34,269 bases of DNA, from contig CAZMVS010000138.1 of NCBI GenBank assembly GCA_964569525.1, forward strand, positions 1 through 34,269, in the 5' to 3' direction. Both the position numbers and the translations under genes were made by a program. This document shows, piece after piece, positions 7,613 to 16,117 of the stretch; the first letter of the stretch is position 1; each line of letters begins with the position of its first letter. The DNA comes from an uncultured Planctomycetales bacterium (lineage in GTDB: Bacteria > Planctomycetota > Phycisphaerae > UBA1845 > PWPN01). The notes under the pieces were generated by a model. That model was not told where the DNA came from. It worked only from the letters and a program-made list of their open reading frames with translations, and made no database searches.

Positions 7613-10600
7613 CAGGGGAGACCTCCACAGCGGTAAGCTGAGCCCGGTTATCATCAGCCCTGTCTGTACATCGGTGATTTATCGGGGAATCCGGGTTTGA
7701 TTGTTGCTCCGTCTCGCTTTGGTTTAGAGATTGAACGGCTTGTACGGCGCGTTGGGCAACACTTGCCGCTTTCGATGCCGGCTTGTTTTCTGCAGGTATT
7801 CTTTTTTGATCGTCGTATTTCTGAATAGTATTAACTTGGGTTTGTTGAGATTGCACCTGGCGACCAAGATCCCGCCGGAGAGTGGCGAGTTTTTTGGCGG
7901 CGGCTTCGGCGAGCACCCGCTCACGCAAAGCAGCTTTCCCTGCGGCCTCCGTGTCCCGGCGTGCTTGTTCGAGTGTTTGTAATTGTTCGTCCAGGTGGCC
8001 GGATAACTGCTGACCTCGATTTACCAGTCCTTCCAGGGTACCGAGACGTTGATCGGCCTGTTGGAGGCATTCATTTAATTCATCTGTATGTTTGCAGCTC
8101 TTTTGAGTGGTGAATTCCGCGTTTTGGCGGGCATGGTTTAATTCACAGCAGGCGTTTTGCGATTGCTCCAGTTGTTCACGAAGGATGTGCAGTTGATTGG
8201 CGGTTTTCTGATCCAGTTCTGTGGCTTCTTGTACACGTTCCGTTACTTTAGCTGAGGTGTTTTCCAGCGCGCGGCGGACCTGTTCACCTTGTTGGGTTGA
8301 TGCTTTCAAAGGATCTGCCAACGATTCCGCCAGCCGGTTGGCTTGGGTAAGTTTCTGGTGTTGTTGATTAACTTTCTCAAGAAGTTGATGAAATTGATCC
8401 TGCTTGTGATCCAGATCTTTCAGGATTGACGATTGGCAGAGTTGTTCGGCCTGTTTTTGCCGGTTGGTCAGTTGATCGCTGACGCCCTGGGCTTGCTCAA
8501 GATAGTTTTCCAGTAGGTGGATTTGCTGTTCGGATCGGCCGGTGTATTCTTCCGTCGCGTTTTGGGCCTGCTGGATGCAAACTTCCAGATTTTGTCGTTG
8601 TTTGTCCGCTTGGCTGTGCAAGTGCTGGGTGGATGATTCCAGCTGGGTAAATTGCTGTGCCGCAGTTTGAGTATGTTCCTTCAGCCGATGAATAAGTCCG
8701 TCGGTGGCGGATTGGGCTTCGCCAATTTTGTTTTCCAGCTGGCGGCCCTGTCGCAAGGAGGCCATGTTCAGCTCGCGGATGGATTCTTCGGCCTTTTTGA
8801 GACGGTGATCGAAATTCTCTTTCTTTTCATCTATCTCGATACAGAGCCTGTTGATCCCCTCGTCCGCGTGACTGATCATATCCCTAAGACTTTGAATTCG
8901 GTGTTCGGCAATCTCGCCGAGTTGGTTCTTGGTTTGATCGGCGCGCTCAATGTCGGCTTGTAATTGTTGTTGGCGGTCATCCAGGCGAATGGATAAATCA
9001 TCCGCTACCGAGCGAGCTTGCTCGACGTGTTGTTGGAGGAAAACCGCCTGTTTTTGCATATCTTCATTTAACTGCTGGGAGGCGGCATCGGCGGAATTGA
9101 TAATGTTGCCAAGTTCACCGATTCGCTGTTCGGCTTTTTGAGATAGTTGTTCAAGTTCGGTGAGCTGGGCGGCGCTGATGTCAGTCTGTTGTGTCAGGAC
9201 CTTTTGTAGTTGGTCCGACCGGCTAATGATTGATTCGAGGTCTTGTTTGGAATTTTCAGCCTCGGCGAGCTTGTCCGTGCAATTTTGCAGACACTGATGA
9301 GCTTCATCATGAAGGGCATTTTTTTCAGTGCGATGTTTTTTGTATATCTCCTGCAACGCTGCGTATTTCTCGGAAGCCTCAATGAGAGTTCGGTCAAGGT
9401 GGTCGTGGAGTTGGGCGGCTTGGGCGGACGATAGATTGATCTTATGGCTGATCGTTTCCATGGATTCAATCGCCTGGTGCGCCTTTTCGCACCGGCCAGT
9501 CAACTGTTTTAACAATTCGTCGAGTTGTTCACGTTTATTTTCGAGTTCTTTGATGGAATTTGGCCCGCAGCAGGTCTGAGCCCTCTGGTAAACATCGTCC
9601 AGCTGTTGCATGACCGTCCGGGCTTCTTCGAACACCTGGGACAAATTCTGCTGATGTTGCACAGCCTGGCTGGCCAGCTTTTTGGTAAAGGCCTGGCCGG
9701 CTTCGATTCGAGAATCGATGCCGCGGGTGTGATTTTGGATTAGTTCGGCAGCCTGATTGACCGCCTTATCCGCTTCTTGAATTCGCTCGGTAAGTGAAGC
9801 GGAGTTACGTTCGGCTTGCTCATCGAGCTGACGGGAAGCGTCGCTCACTTCCTGGAGTTTATTGTCCAGATGTTCCTGGTGTTGACGCATTTGTCCAACG
9901 ATACGCTGTGCGAGCAAATCTGCACGGTCGGCTTGTTCATGCAAGGAATGTTGCTGCTGTTGGACCTCGGCGGTTACCTGGTCGGTTACTAATCTTGCCT
10001 CGCGGAACAACTCTTGCAAAGCAGAGGATTGCTCTTCAATTTGATCGGTTAATTTGCCTGCTTGATGAATCTGGCCGCTGGCGGATTGGTTGCTTTGATC
10101 CAGTTCTTGGCGAATTTGCTCTGCGCGTTTGGACAAGTCACCCAGCCGTTCAACCTGTTGTTGCAGTTCAGTAAATCGTTGTTCGAGATTGTTGCTCCAC
10201 TGCCCATAAAGAATTTCATCCTGCGAGGCCTGTTGTCGCCAGTGGTCCCAACGCTTTTCCAATTCCTGGAATTGGTCTTGAATTTCTGAGGAGCAACGTT
10301 GGAGTTGTTCTTCGGTTGTAGTAGTTTTTTCTCGAAGATGAGTGAGCGAGTCTTCCACCTTATAGGCCTCTTCCACTCGGCTTTGTAAGTCTGTGGTCAC
10401 CTGTTGGGCTTGGGCGTTTTGGTCGGCCAGGACGGTGGATTGTTTTTCCGCCTGCTGGGTTGTTGCACAGAGCGTGTTTTGTTGTGTGGCGGCCTCCTGA
10501 ATCTCGGTTCGCAGTTCACCTTGCAGACGATTTGCATCTGTCATTAAAGATCGAAGTTGTTGGCCTGTCTCCGACAAGGCTTGGCTTTGCTGTTTACTTT

Positions 10601-13580
10601 CCTCAATTGCGGAGAAAAGATCGCTTAACCGATGTTCGGCATCGGCGCTCATCTCCACCAAGGCCTGATGCTTGTTGTCGCCTTTTTGAAGCGTGTCAGC
10701 CATTTGTTCACGAAGCGTTTTGGTCAATTCCAGGGCGGCGCTCAGACTGTCACATTGACCGGCCGCTTGTTCGACTAGCGATTCCAGTTTTTCACTATTG
10801 CTCTGCAGATTTTGAAAACGATCAGGGTGGCAGGCCTCTTGCGCAAGTTGATAAAGTTCGTTTAACTGAGAGGTGGCGAATTGGGCTTCCTCGATTTGCG
10901 AGGCCAACGCCTGTTGCTGCTCGCTGATACGATTTAGCAGTCTATGTGAATTATCGTTGACTGCCTCCATTTGCGAATCAAGCTGACCGGTCCAATCTTC
11001 TAGGTGTTCCTTCGATTTTTGATTAATTTGTTGTGTTTCATTAATCCGGTTTTGCAGATGTTCGGCCTGTTCCTTAACTTGTCCACCCAGTTCTCTGGCA
11101 GTAGACTCGGCGGCGGCGATACGCTCATTAAGCACATGAGATTGCTGCTCAATACGCTCGATAAGCTGCTCAGCTTTTCGCAGATCGACGTTTAATTCAT
11201 CATGTCTTTCCGTTGAGGCGGTTAAGGTTAACTGGACCTGATTCTGGACTTCATTCAGTTGGGTGATGGTGGATTCGCAATTACAAACAGCATCATTCAG
11301 GGCGTTTAGCTGTTGCTCGCTAAATTGATTGCTGTTTTTTAGTTGGTTAAGTTGCCCTTTGGAAAGTGACAAAGTCGATTGCGCGGAATCATGAGCTTCC
11401 TGTAGCTTGGAGATTAACGCTTCACATTCATCAGCACTCTTGTATAAAGTTTCCAGCCGTTGGTCAGTGGACTGGATTTGACCGGACAAGGTATCCGATT
11501 TTTGATCAGCGTCAGATAAATACGAATAGGCTTGGTTTTGGGCTTCTCGGATTTGAAGAATAACCGCCTGCGAGTTCTGCATCGCCTCGCGCAATGAATT
11601 GAGTTGTTCTTCAATTCGGCAGGCCAACTCCTGAGTTCGCGTGGATTGTTCGCAGGCAGTGGTGATGCTGGAACGGAGGCTTTCGTCCGTTTGTTGGCCC
11701 TGCTCAATGGAGGTTTGTACTTGTTGGTGGACCTGCTCAGCCTGGGCGGTGGCCGAGGACAGCTTTTGCAATTGCTCGGCAGCTTGACTCAAAATCTCCG
11801 ACTGTTTTCGCTCGATTTGTTCCACTGAGCGGTTAGCCTGTTCAATGCTGCCGGTCAGCGAAGCAGTGCAGCTCTGCCCTTTTTCAAGAAGCTTCTTAAG
11901 TTGGCAAATACAGTCATCGCCTTGCTCGAGGTTGTCTTGGATCCTGGCAGTTTCACGACGGAGCTGTTCGGTGTAATCGTCCGTTTCTTTTAGCTTTTGG
12001 CGCATTTCCTGCAGACTGGCTTCTTTGTGATGGGTTATCTGCTCGGTCGTCTGCGAAGCCCGCCTAACGCATTCTCGGAGTTCCGCTTGGGCATCACGAC
12101 TTGTGTCGCGTGAGTCTTCCCCTGCTTGGCGAAGCGCCTGTAAATGTTGTTCGATGTTGGTAATATTCTGAGTGAATTTTTTGTCCAGCTCTGCTGTTCG
12201 CTGATCCAGATCGGAAAGAAGTTGTGCTGCGTTGTTTTTCAATCCTGCCAGTCGTTCGGTAGTAGCCTGAGCTTCCTGCACCACTGCGGCAGCCTGTTTT
12301 TGGGAGTCTTGGAGTTCTTCGGATTTTTGGCGCAGATCGGTGAATTGATGGTCAGCTGCCGACTGGGCCTGCTTTTGCGCCTGGGCAAGCTGGTCATTTG
12401 TTTTGCCGGCTTCTTCGAGCAATTCATGGATTTGCCTGCGGGTAGCTTGGGCCAGCGAAGTGATTTCCCGCTTGGTGTGTTGCAGCTCTTCACCAAGCCT
12501 GGATATCTGCCCGAGTTTCCGGTCGATGTCTTCACTACCGCGATGGGCTTGGCGGTTGGCTTCTTCCAAGCGGCTGGCAGTCTCCCCCCCGCGCCGACTC
12601 GCATCGTCGATTTTCTGAATGGCCAAACGACTGGTCAAATCAATTTCAGCGACCGCTTGTTGTGTTAACGGTGCATAGGGGAAGTTTTGGGGGCCGCCCT
12701 GTAAATGGTTCAGCCCATTGTTCCTTTTTTCTCCCCATTCTAAAGTATTTTGATCTTCCGAATCCGACAACTGAACAGCCATCATGTCTTTGATACAGTT
12801 TGCTACCAGATTCCGATCGATCTGGCGGCGGTCGGCACTATACGCAGCCAACAAAACATTGTCCGCTATCTGGTTAATCGAACGCGGCAAACCCTGGCTC
12901 CGCTCGTGGATCAGGTCTATGGCTTCGGCAGTGAACAAATCGTTGTTATTACAGCCGGCGATCTGCAGACGGTGGCGGATGTAGTTACGCGTCTGATCAG
13001 GTTGGAAAGACTTTAATTCGCAGGAGCAAAACACGCGCTGACGCAGATGAAGCATTTGTGGAAGTTGAAGTTTATGAGCCAGCTCCGGTTGGCCAAGCAG
13101 GACAATCTGCAGCAGCTTGGCGGAGTCTTTTTCGAGATTGGTTAACATGCGCGCGTGTTCGAGCGCGTCTTTATTAAGCGATTGAGCCTCATCGATAACG
13201 GCCACTACGGGCCTGTTATCTACTACGCGCCCCTCGAGGAAGCGACGGATCCGATCGAAAAGCTCGCCGGTTGTATGCGAATGGCGGGAACGGATATTCA
13301 ATTCCCGGCAAAGCGTGATCAGCAAATCGTGTCCGTCGGCCGGTGTGTGGGCAATGGAAACGACATCTGCATCGCTACCTAGTGAGCGGGTCAGCATTAA
13401 ACCCAGAAGAGTCTTACCGGTGCCCGATTGCCCCGTAACAACGGTTATCCCTCGTCGTTGACTAATCCCATAGATTAGCGAGGCTAAAGCTTCTTCGTGA
13501 TCATCCGTCTTGAAGAAAAACCGGGGATCAGCGGTGTTTACAAAAGGCATGCATTGGAAGTTGAAGTACTCTCGGTACAT
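7605..13580 (-). CDS. Giant (1991 aa) protein: N-terminal ExeA/GspA-like AAA ATPase (AAA_22 type) fused to about 1700 aa of Q/E-rich coiled coil
   Basis: N-terminus is MYREYFNFQCMPFVNTADPRFFF...VVTGQSGTGKT (Walker A near 13410..13433), with VAVIDEAQSL (Walker B), LLGQPEL and GLPRSINQIADN, which match the ExeA/MshM-type layout. The remainder is an uninterrupted heptad-like Q/E/L/A-rich sequence. Strong AAGGAAGG SD upstream. Confidence 0.85.
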   Translation of the reverse strand: MYREYFNFQCMPFVNTADPRFFFKTDDHEEALASLIYGISQRRGITVVTGQSGTGKTLLGLMLTRSLGSDADVVSIAHTPADGHDLLITLCRELNIRSRHSHTTGELFDRIRRFLEGRVVDNRPVVAVIDEAQSLNKDALEHARMLTNLEKDSAKLLQIVLLGQPELAHKLQLPQMLHLRQRVFCSCELKSFQPDQTRNYIRHRLQIAGCNNNDLFTAEAIDLIHERSQGLPRSINQIADNVLLAAYSADRRQIDRNLVANCIKDMMAVQLSDSEDQNTLEWGEKRNNGLNHLQGGPQNFPYAPLTQQAVAEIDLTSRLAIQKIDDASRRGGETASRLEEANRQAHRGSEDIDRKLGQISRLGEELQHTKREITSLAQATRRQIHELLEEAGKTNDQLAQAQKQAQSAADHQFTDLRQKSEELQDSQKQAAAVVQEAQATTERLAGLKNNAAQLLSDLDQRTAELDKKFTQNITNIEQHLQALRQAGEDSRDTSRDAQAELRECVRRASQTTEQITHHKEASLQEMRQKLKETDDYTEQLRRETARIQDNLEQGDDCICQLKKLLEKGQSCTASLTGSIEQANRSVEQIERKQSEILSQAAEQLQKLSSATAQAEQVHQQVQTSIEQGQQTDESLRSSITTACEQSTRTQELACRIEEQLNSLREAMQNSQAVILQIREAQNQAYSYLSDADQKSDTLSGQIQSTDQRLETLYKSADECEALISKLQEAHDSAQSTLSLSKGQLNQLKNSNQFSEQQLNALNDAVCNCESTITQLNEVQNQVQLTLTASTERHDELNVDLRKAEQLIERIEQQSHVLNERIAAAESTARELGGQVKEQAEHLQNRINETQQINQKSKEHLEDWTGQLDSQMEAVNDNSHRLLNRISEQQQALASQIEEAQFATSQLNELYQLAQEACHPDRFQNLQSNSEKLESLVEQAAGQCDSLSAALELTKTLREQMADTLQKGDNKHQALVEMSADAEHRLSDLFSAIEESKQQSQALSETGQQLRSLMTDANRLQGELRTEIQEAATQQNTLCATTQQAEKQSTVLADQNAQAQQVTTDLQSRVEEAYKVEDSLTHLREKTTTTEEQLQRCSSEIQDQFQELEKRWDHWRQQASQDEILYGQWSNNLEQRFTELQQQVERLGDLSKRAEQIRQELDQSNQSASGQIHQAGKLTDQIEEQSSALQELFREARLVTDQVTAEVQQQQHSLHEQADRADLLAQRIVGQMRQHQEHLDNKLQEVSDASRQLDEQAERNSASLTERIQEADKAVNQAAELIQNHTRGIDSRIEAGQAFTKKLASQAVQHQQNLSQVFEEARTVMQQLDDVYQRAQTCCGPNSIKELENKREQLDELLKQLTGRCEKAHQAIESMETISHKINLSSAQAAQLHDHLDRTLIEASEKYAALQEIYKKHRTEKNALHDEAHQCLQNCTDKLAEAENSKQDLESIISRSDQLQKVLTQQTDISAAQLTELEQLSQKAEQRIGELGNIINSADAASQQLNEDMQKQAVFLQQHVEQARSVADDLSIRLDDRQQQLQADIERADQTKNQLGEIAEHRIQSLRDMISHADEGINRLCIEIDEKKENFDHRLKKAEESIRELNMASLRQGRQLENKIGEAQSATDGLIHRLKEHTQTAAQQFTQLESSTQHLHSQADKQRQNLEVCIQQAQNATEEYTGRSEQQIHLLENYLEQAQGVSDQLTNRQKQAEQLCQSSILKDLDHKQDQFHQLLEKVNQQHQKLTQANRLAESLADPLKASTQQGEQVRRALENTSAKVTERVQEATELDQKTANQLHILREQLEQSQNACCELNHARQNAEFTTQKSCKHTDELNECLQQADQRLGTLEGLVNRGQQLSGHLDEQLQTLEQARRDTEAAGKAALRERVLAEAAAKKLATLRRDLGRQVQSQQTQVNTIQKYDDQKRIPAENKPASKAASVAQRAVQAVQSLNQSETEQQSNPDSPINHRCTDRADDNRAQLTAVEVSPDA

Positions 13581-13885
13581 ATCTGCCTTCCTTTTTTTGC
13601 TGTTTGAGGACCGATATATTGATTGATCATCGGTTATTAAAGGGGGGGACCGAAGTTATTAGACCTTTTAAAACATGGCTCATATAGTGAGGGCGGATGG
13701 AAGCTACCCGAAGGCCCGATAAAATCAGCCATTTCAAGGACATTCCCATGATCGGCTGAACACTTTATAATGTGCACCAAGACATCTGTGGTAAATAGTT
13801 CGGCTGGGCGGTTATAGTCCATGTTTAGTTGGCCACGTAAACGCCGTCCCGAGCAAGTCCTATAAATCATGAAGGGAGAGTTCCG

Positions 13886-15208
13886 ATGAAAGACATCACC
13901 AGACGTCGCTTTCTTAATCAATCCCTGACCTCGGCGGCAGCGGTGGGAGGATTGGCAACTGCTGCCCGGGCGGCCGACTCCGCCGTCGGCGCTAATGAGC
14001 GGATGCGCTTTGCGGTTGTTGGAGCCGGAGGACAAGGGCGGGCAGATATCCGTGACTTCTTTCAAGCCAACGAAAACTTGGAATGTGCGGTGATTTGCGA
14101 TGTGGATGACGCCATGCTGGCGAAAACCGTCAAATTCCTGGCGGATATGGGCAAGAAAAAGCCGGAGACGGAAAAAGATTGGCGAAAGGTTGTCGATCGA
14201 AAGGACATCGATATCGTTTTGGTTGCGACGCCTGATCATTGGCATCCATTGCCGACCATCCACGCCTGCCAGGCGGGTAAAGATGTTTATTGCGAAAAGC
14301 CGTTGGCTAACAGTATCGGCGAGTGCCGGGTGATGGCTGACGCGATTCACAAAACCAAGCGCGTGGTACAGATGGGAACCCAATGGCGAGCCGGCAAGCA
14401 TTGGGGAGAGGCTGTCGAATTCGTGCACTCCGGCAAGCTGGGCAAAATTCGTCTGGTGCGATGCTGGACCTGCCTTGATTGGTATAAAACCCTCAAGCCG
14501 ATGCCGGACAAGGCTGTGCCTCCGGGAGTGGATTACGATATGTGGTTAGGCCCGGCACGTAAGCGGCCGTTTAATCCCACCCGCTTCCATTTTAATTTCC
14601 GTTGGTGGTGGGACTATGCAGGTGGACTGATGACAGACTGGGGTGTACACCTGTTGAATATTGCCTTATGGGGCATGAAAGCCAAGGCTCCGCGCTTCGT
14701 GAGTAGCACCGGCGGACATTACATTTCATCTGATTTCGCTGATGCCCCTGATACTCAATGCACCCTGTTTGAATTTCCCAAAGAGAAATTCACCTTGTGC
14801 TGGGAACATCATGCCGAAACAGGGAATCACCCCGAACCTTTGGGCAATGGCGTGGCCTTTTATGGCGTAAACGGCAAGCTGGTGGTCAACGATACCGGCT
14901 GGTGGGTGTATCCCGAAAAGGCGAAGAAGGACGAATTGCCCGCCTTGGAAAGGAAAAATCAAGGTGACAGCAGTCGGGTCAGCTTGATGAAGGATTTCTT
15001 CGAGTGCGTGCGCACCCGCAACGAACCGATGGAAAATGCCCAACTCGGGCAGTTCGTCAGTTCCGTTGCCCACTTGGGTAACCTCGCCCTGCGAACGGGC
15101 AAATCTCTGGAGTATGACCACGATAGCGGGAAGATCATTGGTAACGAAGAAGCCGCCAAGATGATCATGCCCGAGTATCGCGCACCGTGGGAACTGCCCA
15201 AGATTTAG
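13886..15208 (+). CDS. Gfo/Idh/MocA-family oxidoreductase with a twin-arginine (Tat) signal
   Basis: 440 aa with the Tat motif MKDITRRRFLNQSLTSAAAVGGLATAARAA, a Rossmann segment RFAVVGAGGQGRAD, and DIVLVATPDHWH and YCEKPL motifs. GAAGGGAGAG SD upstream. Confidence 0.9.
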   Translation: MKDITRRRFLNQSLTSAAAVGGLATAARAADSAVGANERMRFAVVGAGGQGRADIRDFFQANENLECAVICDVDDAMLAKTVKFLADMGKKKPETEKDWRKVVDRKDIDIVLVATPDHWHPLPTIHACQAGKDVYCEKPLANSIGECRVMADAIHKTKRVVQMGTQWRAGKHWGEAVEFVHSGKLGKIRLVRCWTCLDWYKTLKPMPDKAVPPGVDYDMWLGPARKRPFNPTRFHFNFRWWWDYAGGLMTDWGVHLLNIALWGMKAKAPRFVSSTGGHYISSDFADAPDTQCTLFEFPKEKFTLCWEHHAETGNHPEPLGNGVAFYGVNGKLVVNDTGWWVYPEKAKKDELPALERKNQGDSSRVSLMKDFFECVRTRNEPMENAQLGQFVSSVAHLGNLALRTGKSLEYDHDSGKIIGNEEAAKMIMPEYRAPWELPKI

Positions 15209-15227
15209 CTCACAACGTTACTTAAAA

Positions 15228-15548
15228 TCAACAACGCCCTACTGGAGATTGTTTAATCTTCGGCGGGGCGTTTGTTTTTCGCACTTTTAGTGTGCGCTTT
15301 TTAAGCATAATGCCTACTCCGTGATCTTCTATATGCAAAAAGATCGTCTTCAGGCGGGGATTGTCGGAAATTGTTTGCAGATGAATGTGCATTGGCCGAG
15401 CCGGACCACCGGTGTTGTGGACCAGGATCTCGCCGCCGGGTTTGACCAAGGGCAGCAGCTTGTTGAGGTAATCAATGTACCCCGTCTTGTCCGCATCTGG
15501 AAAAAGCACCCTCTCATCCTTCCCAGGGTGTTCAAAGTGTGTACATGA
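15228..15548 (-). pseudogene. Remnant of a class I SAM-dependent O-methyltransferase (family 3); only the C-terminal half survives
   Basis: The frame reads ...GKDERVLFPDADKTGYIDYLNKLLPLVKPGGEILVHN...IEDHGVGIMLKKR. This corresponds to the F-x-D-A-D-K block through the C-terminus of caffeoyl-CoA/YrrM-type O-methyltransferases. An in-frame TGA lies at 15549..15551, and no SAM-binding GxGxG half is visible in any frame of the AT-rich DNA upstream. Confidence 0.5.
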
Positions 15549-15983
15549 TCAAGGGCTTCTCATTCTGCAAGCTGGTCTTGCGACTAAAAAGAAATCCCTT
15601 TAAATCCCTTAAAAATAATAACTTATCAATCATAAGGAAGGAGGATGGCGGGAACATCCGGTTTTGATGACAAAGTGACGTATTAGAAACCTTTTAGCCT
15701 ACCTTTCATGGACAGATTGGCTTGTCGCCGCAAACGACGTGATTTTCTTGTTTTCGTCAGATTAATTTTTATGCAGTCTACTGTTATTTGGTGGGGGATA
15801 AGGGAGATTGTACTAAAGGCAACTCCTGGTCTCATTTATGGGCCTCATAAATCACTATAAATAAGAATGTTACGTGAATATGACCGCTTTGTGTGGTACT
15901 CGTGAATGGTTTATTTGCCCAACTGCCCAGCGATTGAAAAGGACATGAGAACTTTTTGGTCCATTTTTTTTCAGAATTTTTCT

Positions 15984-15999
15984 TGGCATTTGGCTTGCA
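15984..15999 (+). promoter_or_regulatory. Sigma-54 (-24/-12) promoter candidate upstream of the cytochrome c peroxidase gene
   Basis: TGGCATTTGGCTTGCA against TGGCACG-N4-TTGCW. The TGGCA and TTGCA cores are perfect and correctly spaced. It lies about 120 nt upstream of ATG 16118. Confidence 0.55.
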
Positions 16000-16117
16000 A
16001 CCTAAAAAGATCGAACGAGAAGGTCTTGCGCAGATAAGCTTATGCAGTAAATGTCGTATATGTACTTTATGCCTCACGGCGACAACCCACCAGTATATCT
16101 CCGAAGGAGAACCAGTC

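Noticed and set aside
7724-13382. Numerous 60-175-aa ORFs on both strands inside the giant gene (for example 12144..12668+, 10460..10927+, 9794..10174+)
   Set aside because: All lie within one uninterrupted 5.9-kb reading frame. Antisense translation of CAG/CTG/GAA-rich coiled-coil DNA gives long open frames by chance.
13637-14428. 263-aa minus-strand ORF overlapping the start of the oxidoreductase gene
   Set aside because: It is antisense to a well-supported Tat-signal Gfo/Idh/MocA gene and has no recognisable motifs. Its composition is typical of a shadow ORF, and its 5' part lies in the divergent promoter region.
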